Virus record (IMG/VR): IMGVR_UViG_3300020577_007690
Coordinates: 1 to 64,000 of that record
Source of the DNA: a virus
Taxonomy: Duplodnaviria > Caudoviricetes
DNA: 64,000 bases
Strand: one strand, 5' to 3'
Under the pieces are notes generated by a model that was not told where the DNA came from, searched no databases, and was given only the letters and a program-made list of their open reading frames with translations. Each line of letters opens with the position of its first letter. The stretch's first letter is position 1. The position numbers were made by a program, and so were the translations under genes. This document shows, in pieces, positions 1 through 8,963 of this stretch.

Positions 1-44
1 CCGCGTCAAGCAAGGCTCCATCCATGTCAACAGCGCCCACTACC

Positions 45-203
45 TCAAGCGCCGATCGGGGGCCTTCGTCCTTGCGCAGCTACCTCCTGCAAGAGGTGCG
101 CAGCAAGAGCGATGTGATTTATGATCGGCTCACCCCTCAACCTACGACGAACGTCGTTGACGAGACGAACAACAGCGTCGTCTGTTTCAGCTTCTTTGCT
201 CAT
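45..203 (-). CDS. Hypothetical protein, 52 aa (MSKEAETDD...)
   Basis: ATG at 203 overlaps the stop of the upstream ORF (ATGA coupling); start trimmed from the ORF-track 45..395. Confidence 0.5.
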   Translation of the reverse strand: MSKEAETDDAVVRLVNDVRRRLRGEPIINHIALAAHLLQEVAAQGRRPPIGA

Positions 204-1513
204 ATCGAGATGACCTTGCGAGCGCGCTCGGCGAGCCGAATGAGCCCCAGCAAACGTTCCGCATCGAGTAGCTCTGGCGGCGAGCTGCCCAGCTTGATGA
301 GATCGCGGAGGATGGCGTCCTTCTCCTCTTGCTGGCAGATCTGGACGCGCACTTCCTTCGGGTCGATGTTCTTCGGCACGATGCCATCGATCCAAGGCAA
401 TGGCTCGTGATCCTTGTACGCGGCGACTTCCGGTATGTGCTGCGGCTTCACGCCCGGCAGCGCTCGACCCATCACGCCGCCATCAATCAGCCATGGATCA
501 TCGAGTGGGATGCTGCGGCTGACGTAGACCTCGCTGTAGCGGTACGTGCCAGGCACGTTGCCGTGTCGCACCAGCGAATGGAGCCACGCACCCTTCGGGA
601 GGTGCTTGCGCACCACAGCAGCCATCTCATCCGACTCGGCGCAGCTCTTGCCGACGACCGCCACGTAGTGCTTGGGCTTCTCCTCTGTGGCGCGGTCGAG
701 GATGCGAGCACGACCTTGCTTCATGCGTACCACGACCGCGCCATCGCCGATCGCCCCGTGCAGGTGGTTCTCGAAGTAGCGAGTGCCGTCTTCCGCGACG
801 TCTTCCGACTGGTAGTAGATCTTGCCATCCACCTCGACCCGATTGGCGGCGCGAACCACCTTGAGCAGCGATGCTTCTAGAGTAGAGCGATCAGTAGGCT
901 CGTTCTTGGGCTCGCTGCTGTCCATGCTCTTGAAGCAGTCCGCGTGCATGGGCTTGCCGCGGATGATCCACGGGTAGGTGTGGACGACGTCCTCACCACA
1001 GACACCGCACGGCCCGTGGTTCGGCACGGACGAGACAGCATCATCGACCGCGGCGCCATTCTCCCAATCGAAGCTGTGGGCCTGAAGCCCGATGGTCACG
1101 GAGCCATCCAGGCCGCAGCTCACCATGTTGACGCCGGAGAGCGCGATCACCGCTCCGCTCTGGTCGCGGAGCGTGATCTTACTCTTGCGCTCACCGAGGA
1201 TGTTCGCCTTGCCGTTCATGCGGATGTCGATGCGGACGCCCTTCTGAGCAGGAATTGGCGTCCGCGTCTCTCGCAGGAACGCTTCGATGTCCTCTGCGAC
1301 TCCGCCGACTTCGTAATGAGCGACGATGTCATCAAGGGTCATTTCGTAGCCAGCGCTGCGCTGCGTGCGAATCGAGTAGACCGGAGTCTCGTTGGCGAGC
1401 GTCCGATGCGACATGACCACTGCGTTGCCTCTTGCCCACGGATCGCGGCTGAAGAGCATCGTGTTGGTGGAGAGGACAGGATTCGGCGTCTTGGATTCAC
1501 TCATGATGTTCAC
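200..1513 (-). CDS. Multidomain hypothetical protein; possible DUF433-like HTH segment near the N-terminus and a CxxC...HxxC zinc site
   Basis: 437 aa ORF, GTGA-coupled to the upstream gene. VYSIRTQRSAGYEMTLDDIVAHYEVGGVAEDIEAFL resembles the DUF433 pattern (from memory); CGVC...HADC. Confidence 0.5.
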   Translation of the reverse strand: MNIMSESKTPNPVLSTNTMLFSRDPWARGNAVVMSHRTLANETPVYSIRTQRSAGYEMTLDDIVAHYEVGGVAEDIEAFLRETRTPIPAQKGVRIDIRMNGKANILGERKSKITLRDQSGAVIALSGVNMVSCGLDGSVTIGLQAHSFDWENGAAVDDAVSSVPNHGPCGVCGEDVVHTYPWIIRGKPMHADCFKSMDSSEPKNEPTDRSTLEASLLKVVRAANRVEVDGKIYYQSEDVAEDGTRYFENHLHGAIGDGAVVVRMKQGRARILDRATEEKPKHYVAVVGKSCAESDEMAAVVRKHLPKGAWLHSLVRHGNVPGTYRYSEVYVSRSIPLDDPWLIDGGVMGRALPGVKPQHIPEVAAYKDHEPLPWIDGIVPKNIDPKEVRVQICQQEEKDAILRDLIKLGSSPPELLDAERLLGLIRLAERARKVISI

Positions 1514-1845
1514 TTCCCTCTTTCCAGCTTCTCTAGTAGCTCGATGCGACGCTCGAAGATGTGTTCCAGCGTCAACTTTCCCTCGTGAGCAAGAACCAGT
1601 GCGCGACGCTCGCTTACGCCGATGAACTCCGCGACCTCCTTATAGGTGAAGAGCCGCTTCTTGGGGCGGCCTGGACCAGCGTGACGCGGCGGCATCAGCG
1701 CTCGCCTGGCGTCCTTGATGGTGAGATCGACCTGGGCGAGCACCTGAGCAAGCCTCTGTTGGTTGTCTTGGCAGGAACGCACCAGTTCTAACTGTGCGTC
1801 ACCGACGGCAGAATCGTCGTATTCGAGGGTCAGGTCGCGGGGCAT
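1510..1845 (-). CDS. Small DNA-binding protein with an excisionase/MerR-like HTH
   Basis: C-terminal KKRLFTYKEVAEFIGVSERRALVLAHEGKL; leaderless start TATATT-N6-ATG. Confidence 0.65.
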   Translation of the reverse strand: MPRDLTLEYDDSAVGDAQLELVRSCQDNQQRLAQVLAQVDLTIKDARRALMPPRHAGPGRPKKRLFTYKEVAEFIGVSERRALVLAHEGKLTLEHIFERRIELLEKLERGK

Positions 1846-1878
1846 GGACAGAATATAAAGCCCGTTTACGTTCTGTCC
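1846..1878 (-). promoter_or_regulatory. Leaderless promoter (-10 TATATT at 1857-1852) enclosed by an inverted repeat GGACAGAA...TTCTGTCC; probable operator
   Basis: Arms at 1846-1853 and 1871-1878 bracket the -10 box of the HTH gene. Confidence 0.5.
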
Positions 1879-1899
1879 TATACTGAACGTTCGGCCTGG

Positions 1900-2286
1900 T
1901 CAGACGGCGCGGAGGGCCGTCGGGTAGAACGCCTGGCGCGGGTCGGTGACTGGCGGCCGACCCTTGAGCTGCTGCGCGACCCGGCAGAACCCGTCGTCGC
2001 CGAGGAGAACGCGCGCCGCTGCCTGGTTGCAGTAGGCGTGGTAGAAGCCATCGTCCATGTGCGGGATGGAAGCGCAGGCCAAGTCTCGTCGCACGGCCCG
2101 ACACAGACCGAACAGGCTACCGTCGGGGGCGATGGTTCCGTCTCCTGCATCGACGGGCGTGATCTGCCCGCCCTGCCACGAGCGAGCGACGGACCAGCCG
2201 TCCTTGCCACAGAACACGATGCGGGGCGTATCGTTCGGCATCTTGTCGTCGGTGAGGAAGAGAATGCTCAGGGCGATGACGTTCAT
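1900..2286 (-). CDS. Hypothetical protein
   Basis: 128 aa ORF with a GGAG RBS upstream, in the operon direction. Confidence 0.55.
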   Translation of the reverse strand: MNVIALSILFLTDDKMPNDTPRIVFCGKDGWSVARSWQGGQITPVDAGDGTIAPDGSLFGLCRAVRRDLACASIPHMDDGFYHAYCNQAAARVLLGDDGFCRVAQQLKGRPPVTDPRQAFYPTALRAV

Positions 2287-2324
2287 GTGTCCGATTCTCC
2301 ATTCTTTCCAAGTGATTAGATGAG

Positions 2325-3167
2325 CTACCGCTGACGTTCGGGCGGTAGCTCGACGCTAACCGTGATACCAGTCGAGCCAGAGCAGAACACCGTGCGGTAG
2401 ACGAGAGCCATGAAGTACGCCTCGACAGCGAAGACACCACCGTCGAGAAGGAGCGAGCCTGCCTGCTCCCACCGAGTGCGCTGCTCGCGGACGAATGCCG
2501 ACGGCGAGCAGCCGAGGAAGCTGAAATCAGCGGGCATCGTCTCCTCGACGTCGAGTCGCCACGCCTCGTACTGATTCTTACCAGCGTCGGTGGTTGGCTT
2601 CATGGCGGCCAACTTCGGCATATCCCACTTCGACACGTAGCCGACGAAGTAGTCGAAGTAGGCGTTGCACTTCTCGACCTGGCTCTCGTCGGTGAGACTG
2701 AGATCCATGCTGATATCGGTCGGGCGGATGTCAAGCACCTGACGGAGCGCCTCCATCTCCGCTCTCACGTCGCTGCGCGTGCGCTGCTTGCTCGCTTCAT
2801 CGACGGGGATGTCCATCGGGATGCCGAAGAAGTCGAGCATGTCACCGACGACGGGCGCTGCGTATGGAGTCGCTGCGTGGCCGGTCAACGTGAGCGCCGG
2901 GCTGTAGCCGAAGTTCACGAGCAGCGCCGGCAGGCTCAGCGTCGTCACCGCGCCGATCATCCCGCGGCCTGCTCGACGAGGAAGACCATCCATCGAGAGG
3001 TGGACAGTGCGTCGCTTCTCCTCGAAGAAGTTGAGCTGCGACGGGTACTCGTGCTCACCAAGGGGCTCGATGCTGCCCGTCGCTCTCGTGAGCCGAGCCC
3101 ACCTGGTTCGCTTGCCCAGGCCAGCGGCGAAGTAGAGGAAGGCGGCGCTGCCGTGCGGGGTGTACAT
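2325..3167 (-). CDS. Hypothetical protein (start uncertain)
   Basis: 280 aa ORF, AAGGAG RBS before ATG 3167. Confidence 0.6.
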   Translation of the reverse strand: MYTPHGSAAFLYFAAGLGKRTRWARLTRATGSIEPLGEHEYPSQLNFFEEKRRTVHLSMDGLPRRAGRGMIGAVTTLSLPALLVNFGYSPALTLTGHAATPYAAPVVGDMLDFFGIPMDIPVDEASKQRTRSDVRAEMEALRQVLDIRPTDISMDLSLTDESQVEKCNAYFDYFVGYVSKWDMPKLAAMKPTTDAGKNQYEAWRLDVEETMPADFSFLGCSPSAFVREQRTRWEQAGSLLLDGGVFAVEAYFMALVYRTVFCSGSTGITVSVELPPERQR

Positions 3168-3209
3168 GGTGCTCCTTATAAGGAAGAGGTGGCGTGTGAA
3201 GCTAACTGC

Positions 3210-3395
3210 TCACGGGTCCTGGGGGCGGCCTGCGTGGTAGAGCGTCCAGCGCAGCTCGATGACGTCGATGAACACGAGCGCGAGGTAGACAGCACCGACG
3301 GCAACCAGCAGAAGGGCCAGGCAGAGCGGGACGATGATGCAGAGCGCAGCGACGTCAGATTCGTTGTTGATGAGGTAGAGCGCGTGTGGGGTCAC
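3210..3395 (-). CDS. Small membrane protein
   Basis: 61 aa with a long hydrophobic stretch; GTGA-coupled to the upstream gene. Confidence 0.5.
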   Translation of the reverse strand: MTPHALYLINNESDVAALCIIVPLCLALLLVAVGAVYLALVFIDVIELRWTLYHAGRPQDP

Positions 3396-4312
3396 GGCTG
3401 CTCTCCGTCGGTGTGGGCTTCGAGTAAGCCCCGGTTCTCGGCGTGCTTGACGATGCCCTCGTAGAGCAGGTCCAGCTCGTGCTTCGCGTCGTCCACCGTC
3501 GCTGGTCCAGATGCAACGGGCTTCTGCTGGGCGAAGACACCGACGGTGATGTCTGCTCGACCGAGGAGGCGCTTCTCCAGCTCCAACACGGAGCGGGTGT
3601 GAGCGTCCAAATCCTTCCAGAATCCGCGGAGTTGGCGCAGCGTCTCCTCCTTCTCGGCGGTCTTCATCGACGGGAGCTTGCGGAGAATGTCGTCGAGCCA
3701 GCTACGGAAGACCTTGCGCGTCGTCGACTCCAGGCCAGCACCGTCGGTGCCGTCATGGAGCATGCGGTACAGGCCCGTCAGAGCCACCGTCGAAGCGTTC
3801 ACCGCCTGCATGCGAGCAGCGAAGGTTTGCACAGCGATTTCGCGTGCTTGCGCCTTGACCTCTGCTTCCCGTGCCTCCGTCAGCTCCTCGGCCTGGCGAA
3901 GCTCCTCTTCGAGGACCACCTTGATGGCGCGCAGGCCCGCCGACGGGTAGCCGCGGTGCCAGTAGTTGAACGTGGTCGGGTAGGTCAGCGACGGGAACTG
4001 GAGGCGAGCGGCCTGCCACGCTTTGCTCATATTGCCCACCTGACCTTCCTTGCGGAACTCATTGAGCAAAACTTCGTAGATGGCTTCCCGCTCCTTCTTC
4101 TCCGTGTCCTGCCGTCGGTGAGCGTTGCGCCGTGCCAGGTACTTTTTGTCCTGAAGAGCGCTCGGGGGGAGCTGGTCGTCGCGGAAGTGCGCCCATGGAT
4201 CGACGAACTTCGGTGTGCCTCTACCGACGGGGTTTCGTGGATCTCGACCCCTGCGACCCGGGCCGCTCTTCTTCTGGGTGTGGAGCGGTCCTTCGGTGGT
4301 GTCGTCTGCCAT
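3392..4312 (-). CDS. Basic N-terminus/coiled-coil protein; possibly a terminase small subunit (weak)
   Basis: 306 aa, basic N-terminus, helical coiled-coil centre, leaderless TAGGAT-N6-ATG start like several late genes. The function is inference only. Confidence 0.4.
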   Translation of the reverse strand: MADDTTEGPLHTQKKSGPGRRGRDPRNPVGRGTPKFVDPWAHFRDDQLPPSALQDKKYLARRNAHRRQDTEKKEREAIYEVLLNEFRKEGQVGNMSKAWQAARLQFPSLTYPTTFNYWHRGYPSAGLRAIKVVLEEELRQAEELTEAREAEVKAQAREIAVQTFAARMQAVNASTVALTGLYRMLHDGTDGAGLESTTRKVFRSWLDDILRKLPSMKTAEKEETLRQLRGFWKDLDAHTRSVLELEKRLLGRADITVGVFAQQKPVASGPATVDDAKHELDLLYEGIVKHAENRGLLEAHTDGEQP

Positions 4313-4480
4313 CCATTCATCCTACTTGAGCAGGAGGGCCAAAGGTAGCCAAGCGTCGAGAAGCTGAATCGTTACGGTCTGTTGCCAGGTGCCAAAGAGG
4401 GCCATTCCTTCTCTCGACGAGAGCATTTTGCGGCCGATCTGGTTCAAGGCTTCGAAAACTCGTGTAGTGGCGTAGCGAAA

Positions 4481-5014
4481 TTACGCTGTGAGATCCTTCG
4501 CTATGCCATCCCAGATGGCGGCGAACGCCTTCATCCCCTCCTGTTGCGCTTCGATGAGGGAGCCGGACTTGCCGGTGTCCAGTCCGTAGCGTGTGGGAGC
4601 GCGAGAGGGGATCGTGCTCTGCTGCTCGATCCATAGCTGCCAGCGGAAGACGCCGTTCGGGTGCTCCTCTGTGGTGTAGTTCTCATCGAGGACTTCGATG
4701 TGGAAGCGACCGAGCTGAAGGGTGTGCAAGAATCTACCCTTCTTCCATCTGTCGCTCTGCACCACGGGGAGCGGTGCGGTGCTCAGGGCAGAGCGGGCGG
4801 GTATGGCGTTGCACAGGCTTTCGGGCCAGCCGAGGGTGCGCTTGACGAGGTTGCCGCCCTTGGCTGCCTGTTCGCGGTCGGCCACGGTCGCGCCGTAGGT
4901 GACGACGTGCGTGTTCCCCGTGGCACCATCCCAGGTGACGATAATGACCTGGCTCTGACCGTACTTTGTGGCGATGTCCTTCGCTGCTTGGATGGGAATT
5001 CGCTTGGCGCCCAT
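4481..5014 (-). CDS. Phage hypothetical protein
   Basis: 177 aa ORF; N-terminal RIPIQAAKDIATKYGQSQVIIVTW resembles a recurrent phage hypothetical family (from memory). Confidence 0.6.
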   Translation of the reverse strand: MGAKRIPIQAAKDIATKYGQSQVIIVTWDGATGNTHVVTYGATVADREQAAKGGNLVKRTLGWPESLCNAIPARSALSTAPLPVVQSDRWKKGRFLHTLQLGRFHIEVLDENYTTEEHPNGVFRWQLWIEQQSTIPSRAPTRYGLDTGKSGSLIEAQQEGMKAFAAIWDGIAKDLTA

Positions 5015-5015
5015 G

Positions 5016-5363
5016 TCACCCCTCCTTCGCGAGCTTGCAAGTACCCGCCGGGCACTGCACCGCCTGCGGGCATGACCACGGCGAGGCGCAGCGGACAGCG
5101 GACACCACCCGCTGCGCCGCCTCTCGCAGGGGATCCACGGGGAGCGGGGCCGGAGGTGCGGCGGGGCCGGATGCCTGCTGCGCAGCGAGGGCTGCGAGCA
5201 GGAGCGGAGCGGCGGGCGGCCCCATCATGCCGCCTCGCTCCGTAACCAAATAGGGACGATCGGCCCCCAGCACGGGGGCCTGCTGCGCGGCGTCGATCTG
5301 GCACCCGACGCACGCGGGGTCCGTCGTCCCGTGCAGGCTGTGCGCGGCGCAAGTCCTCCTCAC
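5016..5363 (-). CDS. Hypothetical Cys/Pro-rich protein
   Basis: 115 aa ORF tightly packed between its neighbours (GTGA overlap). Confidence 0.4.
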   Translation of the reverse strand: MRRTCAAHSLHGTTDPACVGCQIDAAQQAPVLGADRPYLVTERGGMMGPPAAPLLLAALAAQQASGPAAPPAPLPVDPLREAAQRVVSAVRCASPWSCPQAVQCPAGTCKLAKEG

Positions 5364-5545
5364 GGCTTCACCTTCTCGTCATTCATGGAGGGGAGAGCGG
5401 CGATGGACTTCTTGGCTAGCTTCCATGCGTACTGGAGGAGCCAGGAGGGAGAACGGTCGAGACGCTTCGCCTCCTTCAGCAGCTCCTCGATGATGTCTTG
5501 CGGGAAGTAGAACGACTTGCGCGACTGTGGGTTGTCTCTGCTCAT
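5360..5545 (-). CDS. Myxococcales small ribbon-helix-helix-like protein (TIGR04563 / MXAN_4361-4362 type)
   Basis: RKSFYFPQDIIEELLKEAKRLDRSPSWLLQYAWKLAKKSIAALPSMND matches the family pattern RKQSLYFPxxMLxEIxxEAxRxDRSLSWxVQxAWKxA as I recall it; start moved to ATG 5545. Confidence 0.75.
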   Translation of the reverse strand: MSRDNPQSRKSFYFPQDIIEELLKEAKRLDRSPSWLLQYAWKLAKKSIAALPSMNDEKVKP

Positions 5546-5609
5546 GCAGGACAGCATGACAAGTCGACAGCGTGGATGGAAGAGCGAATGTTTGTTCAGA
5601 TGGTGGACA

Positions 5610-5656
5610 CTGAGCAAACGTCAGGTGTTAGAAAAGCAAGGGAGCGTTGTTAGGAT
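5610..5656 (+). promoter_or_regulatory. Motif promoter, copy 1: CTGAGCAAACGTCAGGTG + -35 TTAGAA (5628-5633), N17, -10 TAGGAT (5651-5656)
   Basis: Same upstream element and spacing as five other sites. Confidence 0.6.
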
Positions 5657-5663
5657 AAGCGGC

Positions 5664-5945
5664 ATGGAGAAAGAAGACAGCGCACAGCAGATGTTGCTCG
5701 GGGAGTGGATGAAACAGCAGGAAGAGCTGGTCGAAAACATCGACGCCAACATCAAGCGGTACAAGTCACTGAAGCGCACGGGCATGAAGATCGACGTGAG
5801 CGATTTCCGTGTCTCCATGATCACCGTGGGTGACAAGTGCGAGCGAGCCATCAAAGAACTGGAAGATGCGCTGCTGCTCTGCAAGCGAGCGCGTCTGCTC
5901 ATCGAAGAGGGGCTGGCGGCTATGACCAGCAGCACACCGAGCTAA
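5664..5945 (+). CDS. Hypothetical coiled-coil protein, 93 aa
   Basis: ATG 7 nt after the -10 box TAGGAT; start trimmed from ORF 5517..5945. Confidence 0.6.
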   Translation: MEKEDSAQQMLLGEWMKQQEELVENIDANIKRYKSLKRTGMKIDVSDFRVSMITVGDKCERAIKELEDALLLCKRARLLIEEGLAAMTSSTPS

Positions 5946-5985
5946 TATCAACCACGGAAGCGTGGTTCAACAACAGAGGGAGCAC

Positions 5986-6681
5986 ATGAGCGACAACGAG
6001 AAGACCATCCAGAGCATCAACACGGACGACGTCAAGGGCAAGGACGGGAAGCCGCTCTCTATGGAGGAGCGCAAGACCATCCACAACTTCGGCGAGGCGA
6101 TGGGCCAGGTGGCGCAGGCGCACAAGATCGAGAAGCTCGGTGGCGACGAGGGTCCGCCGCCCATCTCCTTCGAGGATGCGGTGCTGGCGAAGCAGGCGCG
6201 CGACTTCCTGCCCACCCAGGAAGCGATGGAGACGATCCCTGGCGTCAGCGGGCACGACCACCCCGAGATCAGGGCAGCGCTGGAGAAGGAGGCGGCGGAG
6301 GACCGCTGGGCTGGCCTGGCGCGGATGAACCCGCCCGGCACCAAGCCGAAGAGCGCACAGCACCTGTTCGACGAGCTGCTCCCCCTCCGCTTCCACCAGG
6401 CGCCGGAGAAGGCGGAGGAGTTCGGCAACCTCGTCTACAGCTTCGTCGTCTCCGATGAAGGCGGCGGCACCTGGACGATGTTCCTCGGCACCACGCCGCG
6501 CGTCGAGAAGGGGAAGCACCCGCACGCCAACTGCACCGTCGAGCTGTCGCACCAGCACTTCATGGATCTGGTGACGGGCGGCGGCGCTTCGGCCATGTCG
6601 CTCTTCATGCAGGGGCGCGTCAAGATCTCCGGCGACCCCATGATGGCGATGAAGCTCTCCAAGCTCGCCAAACTGTTCTAG
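5986..6681 (+). CDS. SCP2 (sterol carrier protein 2 / lipid-binding) domain protein
   Basis: C-terminal YSFVVSDEGGGTWTMFL...ANCTVELSHQHFMDLVTGGGASAMSLFMQGRVKISGDPMMAMKL is a typical SCP2 signature; GAGGGAG RBS before ATG 5986. Confidence 0.85.
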   Translation: MSDNEKTIQSINTDDVKGKDGKPLSMEERKTIHNFGEAMGQVAQAHKIEKLGGDEGPPPISFEDAVLAKQARDFLPTQEAMETIPGVSGHDHPEIRAALEKEAAEDRWAGLARMNPPGTKPKSAQHLFDELLPLRFHQAPEKAEEFGNLVYSFVVSDEGGGTWTMFLGTTPRVEKGKHPHANCTVELSHQHFMDLVTGGGASAMSLFMQGRVKISGDPMMAMKLSKLAKLF

Positions 6682-6781
6682 CGTCTACGGACGCTTATCC
6701 AAGGTGGTGAGGGGCGCGAAGTTCACCGCGAGGCGCGCTCCACACCATGAAGCCTGGCGAGTGCCAGGCTTCCGTCCACCT

Positions 6782-6854
6782 GGGGTTGTAGCTCAACTGG
6801 TAGAGCAGCGGCTTTGCAAGCCGAAGGTTGCGGGTTCGACTCCCGTCTTCTCCA
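6782..6854 (+). tRNA. trnA: tRNA-Ala (anticodon UGC); CCA not encoded
   Basis: 73 nt cloverleaf: D-arm GCTC/GAGC, anticodon loop TTTGCAA, T-arm GCGGG-TTCGACT-CCCGT, G3:U70 alanine identity pair, A73. Two U-U mismatches in the acceptor stem. Confidence 0.9.
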
Positions 6855-6869
6855 CTACGGAGGAAGTAC

Positions 6870-7805
6870 ATGGCACAGAACATCAAATCCGCGCGAGAGC
6901 TGTTCGACATGCTCGCAGACAGCCTGTCAAAGAACCCAGACAGAGCGCGCGAGATCGGCAGTCAGTACGAATTCATCGTCGGTGGAGAAGGCGGCGGGCA
7001 CTGGCTCGTTGACCTCAATCGCGCGACTGTCGCCACATGGAACGTGGACGCCCCGCCAGGCGACGTGACAATCAGTGTTCACCACGCTGATTTCATGAAC
7101 ATGCTGAACAACCCAGCCATGGGTATGCTCCTGTTCATGCAGGGCAAGCTCAAGGTCAGCGGCAACCCGGCGCTCGCCATGAGGCTCCAGAAGATCTTCG
7201 ACCTTGACAAGCCGAAGGAGATCCAACCGCCGAAGGAGATCCCCTTCAGCTTCCGATTCGAAGAGCCGGAGACGACGACTGGCCTGCGCATCCAGGTTGT
7301 CAACATGCGCAGCAAGCCGCTCCCGCATCGAGCGCATGCGAGCGACGCGGGCTACGATCTGTCGTTCTGGCCTGCTCCACACGAGGGCAAGATCGCGGAC
7401 CAGGCCAGCTACGACAAGACGCACACCATGCTGGGCGACTGCTGGAAGGTGAACACGATGCACTCTGATCAGGTGCAGCGCATCTATCCAGGCAAGCGGG
7501 TGCTACTCCCGACCGGCATCAAGCTCGCCATCCCTTCTGGCTACTACGGGCACATCCTCGATCGGAGTGGTAACGCGACGAAGCGCGGACTTCACGTCCT
7601 GGCAGGCGTCATCGACTCCGGCTATCAGGGCGAGATCCATGTCTGCCTGGTCAACCTCTCTGGCGAGGTGCAGAACATCGCTGTCGGGGATCGCATCGCA
7701 CAGATCCTCTTCAAGCGCGTCGAGACGGCGTGCTTCGAGGAGGTGCAGGAGTTCGGCGCGCAGACGGCGCGCGGAGAGAAGGGCTACGGGAGTAGCGGCG
7801 CGTAG
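6870..7805 (+). CDS. dut: SCP2-dUTPase fusion protein
   Basis: N-terminal SCP2 domain (GEGGGHWLVDL...LFMQGKLKVSGNPALAMRL). C-terminal trimeric dUTPase motifs AGYDL, DRSG, AGVIDSGYQGEI, GDRIAQ, RGEKGYGSSG. Start at ATG 6870 after GGAGG. Confidence 0.9.
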   Translation: MAQNIKSARELFDMLADSLSKNPDRAREIGSQYEFIVGGEGGGHWLVDLNRATVATWNVDAPPGDVTISVHHADFMNMLNNPAMGMLLFMQGKLKVSGNPALAMRLQKIFDLDKPKEIQPPKEIPFSFRFEEPETTTGLRIQVVNMRSKPLPHRAHASDAGYDLSFWPAPHEGKIADQASYDKTHTMLGDCWKVNTMHSDQVQRIYPGKRVLLPTGIKLAIPSGYYGHILDRSGNATKRGLHVLAGVIDSGYQGEIHVCLVNLSGEVQNIAVGDRIAQILFKRVETACFEEVQEFGAQTARGEKGYGSSGA

Positions 7806-7851
7806 AAGCCAGATGACAGGCGCTCCGCCTTCGTAGTACAAGAGGGGAACC

Positions 7852-8358
7852 ATGACGAACACCGACAAGCCGACCGACATCGAGATCGACCACCACGCCG
7901 GCACCGTCCCGTACGACATCCTGAGCGCGCTTCAGGAGATCGACGAGAGCGCCCACCCGGACAACGCGCTCACGCTGGGCGACTGGGGTCTGCTGGAGCA
8001 GAACCCCAACCTCCATCTGTACGTCGCCAAGCAGCGTCTGGTTCTACACAACGAGCCCGCTGACGAGATCGTGGGCTTCTGCGTCGCTCAGATCTTTGGC
8101 GCCACCGAGATCGAGCGTCTCGTCGTCACCCCGGAGCGGCGCAGGGAAGGCATCGGCACGCGCCTCATGCGGTGCGTGCTCGATGAGGCAGCGCGCCAGG
8201 GAGCGCAGCGGGCGACCACCGTCATCCGCAGCAACGACGAGATCGCGCACAAGTTCTGCGAGCACTTCCGGTTCAACGCGATGGGGACGCGGAAGGTCGA
8301 CGATGCGATCTACTTCGTCATGGACCGCATCTCTGAGCACGCGGTGAAGGTGCGGTGA
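7852..8358 (+). CDS. GNAT-family N-acetyltransferase
   Basis: Acetyl-CoA-binding motif A IERLVVTPERRREGIGTRLM and a motif B-like NDEIAHKFCEHFRF. Confidence 0.8.
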   Translation: MTNTDKPTDIEIDHHAGTVPYDILSALQEIDESAHPDNALTLGDWGLLEQNPNLHLYVAKQRLVLHNEPADEIVGFCVAQIFGATEIERLVVTPERRREGIGTRLMRCVLDEAARQGAQRATTVIRSNDEIAHKFCEHFRFNAMGTRKVDDAIYFVMDRISEHAVKVR

Positions 8359-8456
8359 TGCTGAACTGGCCGACTGCTGCCGTCATCATCGCCGCCCTCA
8401 TCCTCGCGCACGGCGCGTTCATGCGGTACCTCGCGTACCGGGCGGCGACACGCAAC

Positions 8457-8861
8457 TCAGAGCCCTAGTCGCGCTCTCCGCTCGCGCACGAGCTGTGCGA
8501 GTGGATGCAACGCATCCACCCCCCGCAGCACACGCGCATCTCGGCACGCCTCGCTCCCGGGCTCGAAGCTCCGACACGCCTCGGGGCGCTGCTCGTAGAT
8601 CGAACACGTCACCTGCTCTCCCATCGTCCCCTTGAGCTGCGAGCAGCGTCCGCCGTCCTCGGCGTCGATGTTCGGCATGTAGAGCCCCGCCAGGTCTCCA
8701 TCGCCGATGGTCAGAAGCTGTCCGCGCAGCTCCTGCGGCAGGCGTGCGTAGTCGAGCGGCGTGAGCGGTCCTGCCCACTCGGGGACGGACGGATCGTGGT
8801 TGCCGCAGCAGGCGCCGCAGCTCTGGCAGGACTCGGGAGTGATTTTTGTCGTCGGTGGCAT
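8457..8861 (-). CDS. YkgJ-family cysteine-cluster (Zn/Fe-chelating) protein
   Basis: CQSCGACC...RCSQL...CSIYEQRPEACRSF; leaderless TAGAGT-N6-ATG. Confidence 0.8.
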   Translation of the reverse strand: MPPTTKITPESCQSCGACCGNHDPSVPEWAGPLTPLDYARLPQELRGQLLTIGDGDLAGLYMPNIDAEDGGRCSQLKGTMGEQVTCSIYEQRPEACRSFEPGSEACRDARVLRGVDALHPLAQLVRERRARLGL

Positions 8862-8963
8862 GCGGCCACTCTACTTTTTCTTGCGGGCGGTGGCAAGACG
8901 CCATAGGATGGGTCTATCAATTGGTCCGACCATCGGGCCATCAGACTCGAAGGAGAGAACATC

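Noticed and set aside
6782-6854. tRNA as an attP/attL integration scar
   Set aside because: No integrase and no second copy of the tRNA 3' end in the window; it sits inside a phage operon
6828-6869. ORF-track start of the SCP2-dUTPase gene at 6828
   Set aside because: It overlaps the tRNA; ATG 6870 has a GGAGG RBS
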